The position numbers and the translations under genes are program-made. Below are positions 47,463-57,426 of a stretch of 57,885 nt of DNA, piece by piece. The stretch is taken from NCBI GenBank assembly GCA_903954185.1, contig CAJBMM010000037.1:1-57885 (forward strand), written 5' to 3'. Source of the stretch: an uncultured Candidatus Berkelbacteria bacterium. GTDB lineage: Bacteria > Patescibacteriota > UBA1384 > CAJBMM01. Each line of letters opens with the position of its first letter. Position 1 is the first letter of the stretch. The notes beneath the pieces are model-generated. The model searched no databases. It was not told the DNA's origin and was given only the letters and a program-made list of their open reading frames with translations.

Positions 47463-49182
47463 ATTTTATCGAATTGCATTGTTTATTGTGATCGTATTAA
47501 TTTTAGGATTTTTTACCTATATTTATTTTGGCCAACATATGGAGCTGTCTTCAATCTTAAAAACAAATTACACATCTAATATATCTACAATTATTGTGCC
47601 GCATTACAATTTAGAATCAGAAAAACGACTCAATTTTATTAAAAGTATAAAAGATAGAGCTGCAACGGATAAAATAGTCCTAATTTCGGTTAATCATTTA
47701 AACGAAGGAAACGGAAACATTATTGCTACCGATAAAAAATGGGACTTTTTTGGAAAAGGCAATGTTAAACTTAACCAATTATTATTAAATAATTTAACTT
47801 CAAATAATGTAGTGAAAAATGAACTTGGGCCGTTCACTAACGAACACGGTGTTTTTAATGTTTTGCCAGATTTAGTAAGCACTTGGCCAGACGCTCAATT
47901 CTTACCAATAATTATAAAAGACAGCACTCCAAAATCTGAAGTCGACAATTTGCTAAATAACCTTAATGAAAGCTGCCCCGATTGCTTAATCGTAGCCTCG
48001 ATTGATTTGTCACATTATAATCCAAATTCTTTAGCCCAAATTCATGATAGCTCAACAATTAGCGCTTTATCTACAACAAATGCGAATAAAGCTTGGAGCT
48101 CAGAAACCGATTCGCCACAATCTATGTATTTAGCCACAAGTTGGGCAAATCTGCATAAGACAACAAATTTTCACCTTAATTATCATACAAACTCTGGAGA
48201 GCTAGCAAAAGATAACACTGCCGAGACCACAAGTTATTTATTAGGATATTACACCAGTAGCGCATCAGATAAAACTGATTTAGTCGCCTCAACATCTTTT
48301 TTATTTGGCGGCGATTTAATGTTTGATAGAGGGGTTAACCATTTTTATAAAGATACTGGTATCAAATCTGTTTTTGATAATTTGGGTAATCGCGTATTTT
48401 GGGGTGTAGATTTGGCTATTGCTAACCTAGAAGGACCAATTTCAGAAACTGCTATTAATGACGATTATTTAAGCGGTAGCATGATTTTTAATTTTCCGCC
48501 GGACGCAATTAACGCGCTAAAGTATTTAGGAGTAAACGCACTCTCTTTAGCAAATAATCACTCCGAAAATGCTGGCCAAAAAGGTTTAGATTATACCAGA
48601 CAATTATTAACAGATAGCAACATTACACCTATCGGTAGCCAAACAAAATATAATTCAACCAGTGTAAAAAACTTCAAAACCGATATTTCATTGGCGGTCA
48701 TTGGCGTAGATATGCTAGAGGATCCTAATTTAGACTCAATTGATAGTGATATTAAGGCAAATGAAGCTAATTATGTGATAGTTTACCCTCACTGGGGCGC
48801 AGAGTATCAGGTAAAGCACGGCTCTAGCCAAGAAAATTTGGCGAAACGTTGGATTGATGCCGGAGCAGATTTGATAATTGGATCACATCCACATGTAGTA
48901 CAAGATTGCCAAATTTATAAAGGAAAATTTATCGCATACTCAATGGGCAACTTTGTCTTTGATCAAAATTTTTCCCAAGAAACCATGCGCGGCATGCTTG
49001 TGGGTGGAATTATTTCTAAACAATCGACTACGATTTCATTATTTCCAATATCTATCAACAAATCTCAACCACAGCTATCCACAGGTTCGAACAGGCAACT
49101 TTATTTAGATAGATGTCTTGCAAGTTTAGACAATTCGTTATTTAATAAAGTAAGTGAAGACACCATTACAATTAACAATTAG
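47443..49182 (+). CDS. membrane-anchored MEMO-like + CapA (PGA_cap metallophosphoesterase) fusion
   Basis: N-terminal TM; VPH, NH, EHG, SIDLSHY; then GDLMFDRG, NLEG, LANNH, HWG.EY, GSHPHV, YSMGNF. Confidence 0.88.
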   Translation: MSLRITKFYRIALFIVIVLILGFFTYIYFGQHMELSSILKTNYTSNISTIIVPHYNLESEKRLNFIKSIKDRAATDKIVLISVNHLNEGNGNIIATDKKWDFFGKGNVKLNQLLLNNLTSNNVVKNELGPFTNEHGVFNVLPDLVSTWPDAQFLPIIIKDSTPKSEVDNLLNNLNESCPDCLIVASIDLSHYNPNSLAQIHDSSTISALSTTNANKAWSSETDSPQSMYLATSWANLHKTTNFHLNYHTNSGELAKDNTAETTSYLLGYYTSSASDKTDLVASTSFLFGGDLMFDRGVNHFYKDTGIKSVFDNLGNRVFWGVDLAIANLEGPISETAINDDYLSGSMIFNFPPDAINALKYLGVNALSLANNHSENAGQKGLDYTRQLLTDSNITPIGSQTKYNSTSVKNFKTDISLAVIGVDMLEDPNLDSIDSDIKANEANYVIVYPHWGAEYQVKHGSSQENLAKRWIDAGADLIIGSHPHVVQDCQIYKGKFIAYSMGNFVFDQNFSQETMRGMLVGGIISKQSTTISLFPISINKSQPQLSTGSNRQLYLDRCLASLDNSLFNKVSEDTITINN

Positions 49183-49216
49183 CAAGTAACAATTACCAAT
49201 TGTCGGAGGGATAATT

Positions 49217-50911
49217 ATGGAAGAAGAGCAAGTAGTAAAACAAAAGCCAGATATTAAAAATTGGATAATTATCGGACTTGTTACCGCCCTCTTATTATTA
49301 GGAGGTTATGAGGCATATAATTACTATACCCAAAATTTACCATCTGAGGAAAATACTTCAACAACTACGACGCTAAAAACCGTCGGCACCGCTACCACTG
49401 CCGCAACCCAAATCACTCCTGTATTCTCTGATGGAATTACATGGATATCACCCGTAAAACTGAGCGATTTAGGATTATTTAAGATTCTTAGCTCAAGTAC
49501 ACAAAATGTTACTAAAAGTTTAATTGTGGAAACTTCATATTATAAAGTCGGCACCAAATTAAACGGCGACGAGATAATTCTTGCGCAAGTAGCCCCAGAC
49601 GGTATGGGGATTGTTTATGATTTTCAGAGATTTATAAAGAGTTCTGAAAAATATGCTTTAGTTACACAAAACAGCGACGGAATAGATAAATATGACAGCA
49701 AAACTTTGGGCACTTTTACTATAGATACCACCACAAAGTTTGATTCTATAATGCCCGATACGATAATATCCAAAGGCGATACAAAACTTACTAAACAAGG
49801 ACATATTGGTATAAGTGAAACAAGGTTTGTAACCACATCTGAATCTGTTATTGCTACTACTAGTTGGGGCAAACTTTATCGCGGTGTAATGTATAGCACG
49901 GCTCTAAAAGGAGATAACATTAAGGTTGGCTCCTATTATATTAAGCTCGCAGATTCTACCTTAACCCTCTATTCTATTAAACCCACAAATATTAGCGACG
50001 ATGGTGTGTTTAGTGGAGTAACATGGGCAACCACAGTTGGTAGCACCGCAAAGTTTTCTCCAATGCGAACCAGCGGTTGTGGATCGGTCCTATCTGCTTT
50101 TCCGATGGTGGCAAACGAAACCGCTTACAATAGCAAAAAACAGGCAGAAGACACATCGACACATAAATATAAAATTTATTCAACGTCTAGTAAAGATAAT
50201 GAATTAATTACTCTTGGATATGGAATTTACAATCCAGATGGAACAGCGTCGAGTGGGGCAACCGCAAGAAAATCAATAGACGATTATTGGTCCAATTTAG
50301 GCACAATTACCTGGACTGATGACTATGGAACAACCGTTATTTACAACAATCAAGCATATGAACCATTAGCCGAATGTGGAAAACCAGTTATTTATCTTTA
50401 TCCAGAAAAAACTACTGCTGTCTCAGTTAAGGTAGGGGCAAAAGTAACTAAATCTGAGCCTGTGTACAATAATGGCTGGGAGGCTACTGCAGATCCAGAT
50501 GGCAAGCTTGTAGTTGGCCAAAAAACGTTTGATTCATTATTCTGGGAAGGAATTGGAATTGGTGAATATCCAACCATAACAACAGGCAGCATAGTAGCAA
50601 ATAGTGATGTAAAAAACACAATTACAAATCAACTCTCGTACATCGGCTTGAATACAAAAGAAACAGATGACTTTCTAGATTTTTGGATGCCTAAAATGCC
50701 TTCCACTCATTACGTACGGCTTTCTTGGCTGCAAAACAGTGAAATGGACAAGCTAGCTCCGCTAACTATCTCACCAACCCCAACATCGGTTATTAGAGTA
50801 TTCCTAGATTTTGAAGGTTTAAACACTATAACCAATTTACCTGTGCAAAAATTAATCCCAATGAAACGCACCGGATTCACTGTTGTTGAATGGGGCGGGC
50901 TCTTAAAATAA
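49217..50911 (+). CDS. membrane-anchored hypothetical protein with conserved C-terminal KPVIYLYP...VVEWGG domain
   Basis: TM anchor; KPVIYLYP, LFWEG, VIRVF, GFTVVEWGG motifs. Confidence 0.75.
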   Translation: MEEEQVVKQKPDIKNWIIIGLVTALLLLGGYEAYNYYTQNLPSEENTSTTTTLKTVGTATTAATQITPVFSDGITWISPVKLSDLGLFKILSSSTQNVTKSLIVETSYYKVGTKLNGDEIILAQVAPDGMGIVYDFQRFIKSSEKYALVTQNSDGIDKYDSKTLGTFTIDTTTKFDSIMPDTIISKGDTKLTKQGHIGISETRFVTTSESVIATTSWGKLYRGVMYSTALKGDNIKVGSYYIKLADSTLTLYSIKPTNISDDGVFSGVTWATTVGSTAKFSPMRTSGCGSVLSAFPMVANETAYNSKKQAEDTSTHKYKIYSTSSKDNELITLGYGIYNPDGTASSGATARKSIDDYWSNLGTITWTDDYGTTVIYNNQAYEPLAECGKPVIYLYPEKTTAVSVKVGAKVTKSEPVYNNGWEATADPDGKLVVGQKTFDSLFWEGIGIGEYPTITTGSIVANSDVKNTITNQLSYIGLNTKETDDFLDFWMPKMPSTHYVRLSWLQNSEMDKLAPLTISPTPTSVIRVFLDFEGLNTITNLPVQKLIPMKRTGFTVVEWGGLLK

Positions 50912-50937
50912 ATATTACAATTATTTAAGGATGAAAA

Positions 50938-51378
50938 ATGAACAACAGCGAAATTGTTGCTACTTGTGAAATAGAAAAAGATATCGATAGTGTATTTAGT
51001 TTTATATTTGATCCAAAAAACAAACCAATGGTTATGCCAGATTTAATCAGTGTATCAAATATTTCTGACTTCCCGTTAAAACTAGGATCGACCTTTAATT
51101 TTGTATTTCAAATGGCTGGCGTATCGTTGAACGGTATATGGGAGGTGACATCGGTAAACAAGCCAATTTATTATGAAGCTACTACCACAGGAGATATCGA
51201 GAGCGTTTGGCGATACAAACTAGCTAAGCTAGAAGACAAAACAAATCTTTCGCTTACAATTACCTATACCCCACCTAAAAGTGTACTTGGTGCCATGAAA
51301 GGATTGGTGCTATCGCAAGTTAACAAGAGAGTGGCCGAACTTTATTTAAAAAACATTAAAACAATTTTAGAAACCTAA
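50938..51378 (+). CDS. SRPBCC/polyketide cyclase-like protein
   Basis: size and motif pattern (I...VFSFIFDP, C-terminal helix ending LKNIKTILE). Confidence 0.7.
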   Translation: MNNSEIVATCEIEKDIDSVFSFIFDPKNKPMVMPDLISVSNISDFPLKLGSTFNFVFQMAGVSLNGIWEVTSVNKPIYYEATTTGDIESVWRYKLAKLEDKTNLSLTITYTPPKSVLGAMKGLVLSQVNKRVAELYLKNIKTILET

Positions 51379-51383
51379 ATAAA

Positions 51384-51446
51384 TGGAGCCGATAGCCCCG
51401 CTTAGCGGGACAAACTTTGCTTTACAAAAGCACTGCTCTACCAACT
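51384..51446 (-). pseudogene. partial tRNA-Thr duplicate with TGT anticodon and replaced T-arm
   Basis: AGTTGGTAGAGCAGTGCTTTTGTAAAGCAAAG...CTATCGGCTCCA; no 5' acceptor strand. Confidence 0.75.
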
Positions 51447-51502
51447 AATGTGTCCTCCGTAGTCGTAACGAAGAATGGATGCGAAGGAGGGAGCGGACAT
51501 AA

Positions 51503-51578
51503 TGGAGCCGATAGTCGGGATTGAACCGACGACCTTTGCTTTACGAAAGCACTGCTCTACCAACTGAGCTATATCGGC
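51503..51578 (-). tRNA. tRNA-Thr(CGT)
   Basis: GCCGATA/TATCGGC acceptor stem; loop TT CGT AA; CCA encoded. Confidence 0.95.
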
Positions 51579-51745
51579 ATTGCACCCATTCTAGCAAAAA
51601 ATCTCCGTCTAAACCACCACCACGTTAGCTGTTAGCTGTTCATAACATTAGTCATTAGTCATTATTAGTCATTAGTCATTATTATAAATGATACCGTAAT
51701 TCTGCATTCTGCGCTCCCCATTCTCCATTACCTTCCGCGCTGTTT

Positions 51746-51956
51746 GGAGAACACGCTTTAGTGTGGCTACTGCCAGATTAAAACCTGTTCTCCAAGAAGA
51801 ACCGGAGTGCAGACTTTAGTCTGGTTAGGCCATGTTAAAACGCGTGCTACAATAAATTCTTCCGAATATTTACAATTTATGCCGCCCGCTGTGCCGTCCG
51901 TAGCCAAACGCGAAGGATGAGAGCTTGATTTATACCAGACTAAAGTCTGTTCTACA
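51746..51956. repeat. cluster of REP-like inverted repeats
   Basis: TGGAGAACA..TTTAG../..TGTTCTCCA and CAGACTTTAGTCTGG/CCAGACTAAAGTCTG pairs. Confidence 0.65.
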
Positions 51957-51996
51957 AAGAAATATTCCTTAATTTTGGTCTTTGGACTCTATTGGA

Positions 51997-52410
51997 TTAT
52001 TTATCCAACTTTCTCAACCATCTCCAGTGGGTAACAAATAAAATGATGACTAACAATAGTAGCGAGCCATACATGGTCATGCTCTTAGCGGAACCAACTT
52101 TTACGGATCTTATTTGACTATCACGAGCCGCCTCATAATTATCTCGCAATTGCTCCTCTGTTAATACGGGCGAAGTTGAAATCTTTTCACCAGTCGGCGC
52201 GTTTTGATTAGCTTGGTAAGATGCCTTATATGCTTCAAATGACGAAACATCATTTGCCGAGGTTGAGTAATTGTAATTATGCACATTTGTCGGGTCTATG
52301 CGATCGAATGCGGCACTCACAATATTGCCAACTGCAATAAGTGTCACAATAACCGAAACCAAACATACTGCGTAGCCATAAATTTTGGGTATTAAATGAT
52401 TTTTCTCCAT
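51997..52410 (-). CDS. hypothetical two-TM membrane protein (DUF5671-like)
   Basis: IYGYAVCLVS N-terminal TM; C-terminal TM ending HWRW. Confidence 0.7.
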   Translation of the reverse strand: MEKNHLIPKIYGYAVCLVSVIVTLIAVGNIVSAAFDRIDPTNVHNYNYSTSANDVSSFEAYKASYQANQNAPTGEKISTSPVLTEEQLRDNYEAARDSQIRSVKVGSAKSMTMYGSLLLLVIILFVTHWRWLRKLDK

Positions 52411-52639
52411 ATTTTCCTTTCATAATTCTTAATATTATCTTAGTTATACTCTAAGATATAAATCAGACAAGAGGCATGTGATTTAAAATTTCGTTATTCA
52501 AATTTGGTTCGTCATTTTAAATTCTTAATTAATCATTATAGTTCTTTGCGATATGATTTCTGTTCTGTTATCCTCGGGCGGACACATGAGTCACGCCCCT
52601 ACGTCGGTATAGTACCAGCTACTGGCTACAAACTATAAG

Positions 52640-53647
52640 CTATAAGGATTGCCCCACTAGCATCGCTTCTTCTACCAATCTATTGGCATAACCCCATTCA
52701 TTATCATACCAAGCCACCACCTTCACCAAATCGCCATCTACAACCTGTGTTAAACTTAAATCGACAATCGATGAATATGGGCTGCCTATAAAATCTGATG
52801 ATACAAGCGGTTCTTCTGTGTAACTTAATATACCATCGTAACGTTTCATTTTATCTACCGCTTTTTTAAAGACAGCATTAACTGATTTTACATCCGTTTT
52901 TTTCTTGAGCAAAAAGGTAAAATCTGCCAACGATACAACAGATGTTGGTACTCTGATAGCCAAACCATCAAACAGCCCTTTAAGCTCGGGTACAACCAAA
53001 TTGGCTGCGCTAGCTGCCCCGGTGGATGTAGGCACAATATTCATCCCCGCAGATCTTGCTCTGCGTAAATCTTTATGCGGACCATCTTGTAAATTTTGAT
53101 CAGCCGTATACGAATGTATTGTAGTCATCATCGCCTTTTTTACACCAAAATTTTCTACAAGTATCTGGGCAACCGGTGCAATGCAATTAGTTGTGCAAGA
53201 TGCATTTGAAATAATGTCATTTTTACCATAACTGTGCGAATTTACCCCCATAACCACTGTAGCTGCGCCATCCCCTTTTGCAGGCGCAGAAATTATGACC
53301 TTCTTGGCTCCTGCCTGAATATGATCTTTGGCCATACTAGGATCGGTGAAGCGCCCCGTGCATTCTAATACCACGTCAATATTTTCTTTTTTCCATGGGA
53401 GCAACTTGGGATCTTTTTCTGCATGAACTAAAATCTTTTTTGAGTTGACTACTAAGTCACTACCTTCAACTTTTACCGATTCCCCATATTTTCCATAGTT
53501 TGTATCGTATAATAATAGGTGCGCCAAAGTTTTAGCATCTGTTAAATCATTTACCGAGACAATGTTTAACATTGGTTTTGTTGACGCAATTTTAAATGCG
53601 TTACGCCCTATTCGACCAAATCCATTAATCGCAATATTTATCGACAT
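52640..53647 (-). CDS. gap: glyceraldehyde-3-phosphate dehydrogenase, type I
   Basis: INGFGRIGR, SNASCTTNC, WYDNEWGY. Confidence 0.99.
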   Translation of the reverse strand: MSINIAINGFGRIGRNAFKIASTKPMLNIVSVNDLTDAKTLAHLLLYDTNYGKYGESVKVEGSDLVVNSKKILVHAEKDPKLLPWKKENIDVVLECTGRFTDPSMAKDHIQAGAKKVIISAPAKGDGAATVVMGVNSHSYGKNDIISNASCTTNCIAPVAQILVENFGVKKAMMTTIHSYTADQNLQDGPHKDLRRARSAGMNIVPTSTGAASAANLVVPELKGLFDGLAIRVPTSVVSLADFTFLLKKKTDVKSVNAVFKKAVDKMKRYDGILSYTEEPLVSSDFIGSPYSSIVDLSLTQVVDGDLVKVVAWYDNEWGYANRLVEEAMLVGQSL

Positions 53648-53739
53648 TATTCCTCCATAAAATTTTAGTCTTATTTACAATAATAAACTTTTCTCAATGT
53701 TTTATTTCTCGGTTAATATAAGTTAAAGGTGAAAAGTTA

Positions 53740-53862
53740 AGAGTTAAAAGTTTTGTAATATTTTTCGTTGTCATTCCAGACTTCTGATCCGGAGTCTACA
53801 TAACAGCGAATTCTTTATTGGATCCTCGAGTAATTGCTCGTCGCACTCGCGTCAAGGATGAC
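53740..53862 (-). repeat. composite REP/MITE-like element, inverted copy of 27131-27250
   Basis: reverse complement reads gtcatccttgacgcgagtgcgacgagcaattactcgaggatc...agactccggatcagaagtctggaatgac. Confidence 0.75.
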
Positions 53863-53911
53863 GACTGAACACTGCCGCTGTTCACTTTTCACTCTCAACT
53901 TCTAACTTTTC

Positions 53912-54856
53912 CTACCGGCTAAATACAATACCTGTCTTTGCTCCGTACTTTGTTACGACATGTTTTGCATTTAGCATTCCAAGTTCTAAAGATCGTTTAA
54001 AATTTAACCCCTTTAACAATCCTGCCACAATGCCGCTTCCAAATGCATCGCCCGCACCGGTTTCATCTACTGCTTTGACGGGTTCTGGATAAATGACAGA
54101 TATTGTTTTACCATCAATAACCGCCATTGCTTCAACCCCATCGGTAATTATTGCTCTAGACATGCCGTATTTTTGCATCTCCGCTGCCAAATCTCCGACT
54201 TCACCATCATGTCCAATAAGAGCTGCGGCCTCACAACGGTTTACGATAATAAGCGACACATGTTTAAGCCATTTTTTAACTGCAATCCTGTGGTTTTCCA
54301 CCTCTGCTAACCCTGGATTCCATGCAATTTTTACCGAATTCTCAACCGCCCATCCAAGCAATGTTTCTATGGTTTTAATTTCACCATTTAATGATGTCAG
54401 GTATAGCCATCGCGACTTAATACTACTTAAACCAGCTAAATCATCGGGATGAATATGACCCGATGTACCCCTATCGGTTAAGATTGTACGCTCACCATTC
54501 GGATCAACCAAAATTATTGATTGCCCAGAAGTTCCAGCACTAGTTTTAACAAAATGCTCCGTTTTTAGCCCCTCATTTTCAAGTTCTTCAATTATCTGTC
54601 TACCTACACCATCACTTCCCACCTTACTCATGATTAATGTAGAAAGAGACTGGCGATGAAATGTCAAAGCGGCATTGGTTGCCCCGCCCCCAGACTGTTG
54701 AATAATTCTTTTGACTTCGTGCTTCGCACCCAAAACAAAACATTCATCTAATAAATTGCTGTTTTTCGCATCGGCTTGCAAATAAGCCTTTGGCAACAAA
54801 ACAAAGTAATCCATAACCGCAGAACCAACACATACAACATCTACCATTTTATCCAT
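53912..54856 (-). CDS. PfkB/ribokinase-family carbohydrate kinase
   Basis: GGGATNAA, VDETGAGDAFGSG signatures; lies between fba and gap. Confidence 0.9.
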   Translation of the reverse strand: MDKMVDVVCVGSAVMDYFVLLPKAYLQADAKNSNLLDECFVLGAKHEVKRIIQQSGGGATNAALTFHRQSLSTLIMSKVGSDGVGRQIIEELENEGLKTEHFVKTSAGTSGQSIILVDPNGERTILTDRGTSGHIHPDDLAGLSSIKSRWLYLTSLNGEIKTIETLLGWAVENSVKIAWNPGLAEVENHRIAVKKWLKHVSLIIVNRCEAAALIGHDGEVGDLAAEMQKYGMSRAIITDGVEAMAVIDGKTISVIYPEPVKAVDETGAGDAFGSGIVAGLLKGLNFKRSLELGMLNAKHVVTKYGAKTGIVFSR

Positions 54857-55701
54857 TACGCTTTTCCTATTGAATTAAAAATTGATATTTTTTTTGCGAC
54901 AACATGGTAGATAGCTTCACGCCCAGCTCCAATAATTTCTCTTGTATCATAAATGTCAGGATTGGCGTGCATGAATTTTCTAAGCGCTGTACTAAAAGCA
55001 AGTCGTATATCTGTATCGATATTTATCTTCACAACACCCAGCCTGATTGCTTTCGTAATTTCACTTGCCGCAGTAGATGATGCCCCATGCAACACTAACG
55101 GAAAATTTGTCGCTTTTTGAATTTTTTCTAATATATCAAAATGAAGTTTCTCGTTGGCCATAGGAACACCATGGGCATTGCCAATTCCTACTGCCAGCAC
55201 TGTTGCACCCGAACGCTGAACAAATTGAACCGCCTCACCTACATCTGTTAGCCTTGGAGCAGAATTCTTTACGTAATCTTCTCGCCCCATAATTCCCCCA
55301 AGCTCTGCTTCTACACTAGCACCATACTGCTTTGCAATTTTGACAATTTCTATAGTACGACTTAAATTATCGGCAAACGGAAGCTTATTTAAATCTATCA
55401 TTACCGAGGAATAACCTGCCGTTAAACACTTTTTAGCAATATCTACGGATCTTCCATGATCTAAATGTACCACCACAGGAACAGTGGATTTTTTTGCCAT
55501 CCCTAAGACAATTCCTACTAAATTATCAAATCCTGCATAATCTAATGCTTTTTCAGAAGTTTGCACGATAACAGGAGATTTTAACTCTTCCGCAGCGCTA
55601 ATCACCGCCTGAGTAGTTTCGATATTCGTAACATTAAAAGCCCCAACAGCATAATGCTGACGGTATGCTTGTGGTATCACATCTGAAAGTGAAACTAAAA
55701 T
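54856..55701 (-). CDS. fba: class II fructose-bisphosphate aldolase; probable ATT start
   Basis: YAVGAFN, HLDHG, VEAELG, GNAHG, LVLHG, KINIDTD; AAGGAG-N6-ATT TTA GTT TCA is in frame with the listed GTG. Confidence 0.93.
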   Translation of the reverse strand: MLVSLSDVIPQAYRQHYAVGAFNVTNIETTQAVISAAEELKSPVIVQTSEKALDYAGFDNLVGIVLGMAKKSTVPVVVHLDHGRSVDIAKKCLTAGYSSVMIDLNKLPFADNLSRTIEIVKIAKQYGASVEAELGGIMGREDYVKNSAPRLTDVGEAVQFVQRSGATVLAVGIGNAHGVPMANEKLHFDILEKIQKATNFPLVLHGASSTAASEITKAIRLGVVKINIDTDIRLAFSTALRKFMHANPDIYDTREIIGAGREAIYHVVAKKISIFNSIGKA

Positions 55702-55914
55702 ACCCCGCTCCTTATATGATTATTGTAGCACATTTTTATTAAATAATTTTCAATGATCAATTTACAATTTTCAAAGAATCACTAATATCACAATGAACAA
55801 TACGGCTTTAGAAATTATTAAGGTTTCTTCGCAAGTTAAATGTTAAATATTAATTGAAAATTGAAAATTGTTACTTGAAAATTATTTTTGTTAGTATGCT
55901 ATAATATATTGACT

Positions 55915-57117
55915 ATGAAAAAATATCTTACCGTTTTGTTATCAATTTCAATGCTTTTACTTTCTGCACCAACTGCTGCAGAAGCAAAAACTGCAACTCA
56001 ATTACAGCAAGAATTAGATGCGGCAAAAAAACAAGCGGAGCTTATAAAGCAGCAAAAAGCACAAAAAGAAAAAGATGCCTCGGCCATAGCGTCACTAATT
56101 AAAAGAATTGATGGCGATATAAAATCAACACAAAGTTCACTCCAATCAACCTCGCAAAAATTAGTAAATGTCGCAAATGACATTTCAACCACAAACGAAC
56201 AGCTATCAAAATCGGAAGCCAGAATGGCAGAGTTAAAAGTGCAGATTGAACAGCTTATTGCTGAGCAATACCAGCAATATATAACTAAATCAGATATCAT
56301 AACGGCGTTCTCAGGATCTACATTAAAAGAAAGCGTTGAAATTGCCGATTATCAAGCATCACTCGATTCGGAGTTAGAAAAGATTGCCGCAGACGAGGAA
56401 ATAACACGCAATCAAATTAGAGATACACGAACAAGTTTAGAGCAGCAACAATCACAGCTTCAGGGTTTAAAAGAACAGCAAGTGGCACAAAAAAATAATC
56501 TTGAGTCTGAACAGCAAAAAAAGAACAAGGCGCTAACCGATACAAAAGGAACAATAGCGGACTTAGCTCAAGACGAGGCTGAAGTTGCTAAAAAGATTAA
56601 AGAAGTTCAAGCGCAAATTACGGCACTTGCAAATACCAAACGTTGGGGCGGCCAGATTATTTCTGATAACGACAGCAGCTGGTATTTTAGCCAACTAGAT
56701 TATCCGAACAATAAATTGGGTAATTCTCGATATACTATTGCTCAATATGGTTGTTTAATTACATCGTTAGGAATGGTAGCAACTTTTTACGGATCGCGAA
56801 ATGATCCGCCAACTGCAGTCGCTAATTCTAGCTTTAATTCGGGTGGATATTTACTATCTACCAATATTGTAAATGATGGTGGCTCTCAGGCAGTAAATTG
56901 GGATTATATAGATCTTGAGTTAAGCAAAGACCACCCAGTTATTGTTGGAGTTTATCTTTCTTCTATTGGGTCTTTAAATAGCTATGGCGTTTCTCATTTT
57001 ATTGTTATAAAAGGCAAAAACTCCGCTGGAAAATATTTGATGCACGACCCAATTGGTGCCGGGCGTGGATACGATCTATCACAAGTTAAAGCAATGCGTA
57101 TTATTAGACCGAATTAG
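55915..57117 (+). CDS. secreted coiled-coil protein with C-terminal C39-like cysteine peptidase (PcsB/CwlO-like architecture)
   Basis: signal peptide MKKYLTVLL..AEA; long coiled coil; FSQ, YGCLITSLGMV, HFIV, HDP. Confidence 0.82.
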   Translation: MKKYLTVLLSISMLLLSAPTAAEAKTATQLQQELDAAKKQAELIKQQKAQKEKDASAIASLIKRIDGDIKSTQSSLQSTSQKLVNVANDISTTNEQLSKSEARMAELKVQIEQLIAEQYQQYITKSDIITAFSGSTLKESVEIADYQASLDSELEKIAADEEITRNQIRDTRTSLEQQQSQLQGLKEQQVAQKNNLESEQQKKNKALTDTKGTIADLAQDEAEVAKKIKEVQAQITALANTKRWGGQIISDNDSSWYFSQLDYPNNKLGNSRYTIAQYGCLITSLGMVATFYGSRNDPPTAVANSSFNSGGYLLSTNIVNDGGSQAVNWDYIDLELSKDHPVIVGVYLSSIGSLNSYGVSHFIVIKGKNSAGKYLMHDPIGAGRGYDLSQVKAMRIIRPN

Positions 57118-57270
57118 GGGATAGGCATCAGGCTATAGGATACGGGAAGTAACAGAAATTCGAAATTCGAAATTCGAAAACAACATTAAAAAATTTCTTT
57201 CCAATCGGACAATCAATCGATCAGACGCACAGGCATCCACAACCCTACTCCCTACAAACTGGACTCAGGC

Positions 57271-57323
57271 TTGACACGCTCTGAGTAAAAGCGTATAAAT
57301 ACCTCAAATGACCATTTATGGTC
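57271..57323 (+). promoter_or_regulatory. sigma70 promoter with downstream palindrome (putative operator) for the tRNA-like array
   Basis: TTGACA-17-TATAAA; GACCAT-TT-ATGGTC at 57310-57323. Confidence 0.75.
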
Positions 57324-57332
57324 TATTTATAT

Positions 57333-57413
57333 GCCCAGATCGCCTAGTGGTTATGGCAGCGGTAGCCGCGCAAGCTTACAGCCGTTTATGAGGTTCGAAA
57401 CCTGCTGTGGGCT
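57333..57413 (+). ncRNA. aberrant tRNA-Cys-like RNA with a 17-nt anticodon region
   Basis: GCCCAGA/TGTGGGC acceptor, U73, D-arm GCC-TAGTGGTTAT-GGC, GCGGT/GCCGT stem, GGTTCGAAACC T-loop. Confidence 0.6.
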
Positions 57414-57426
57414 CACATGAATTCTT

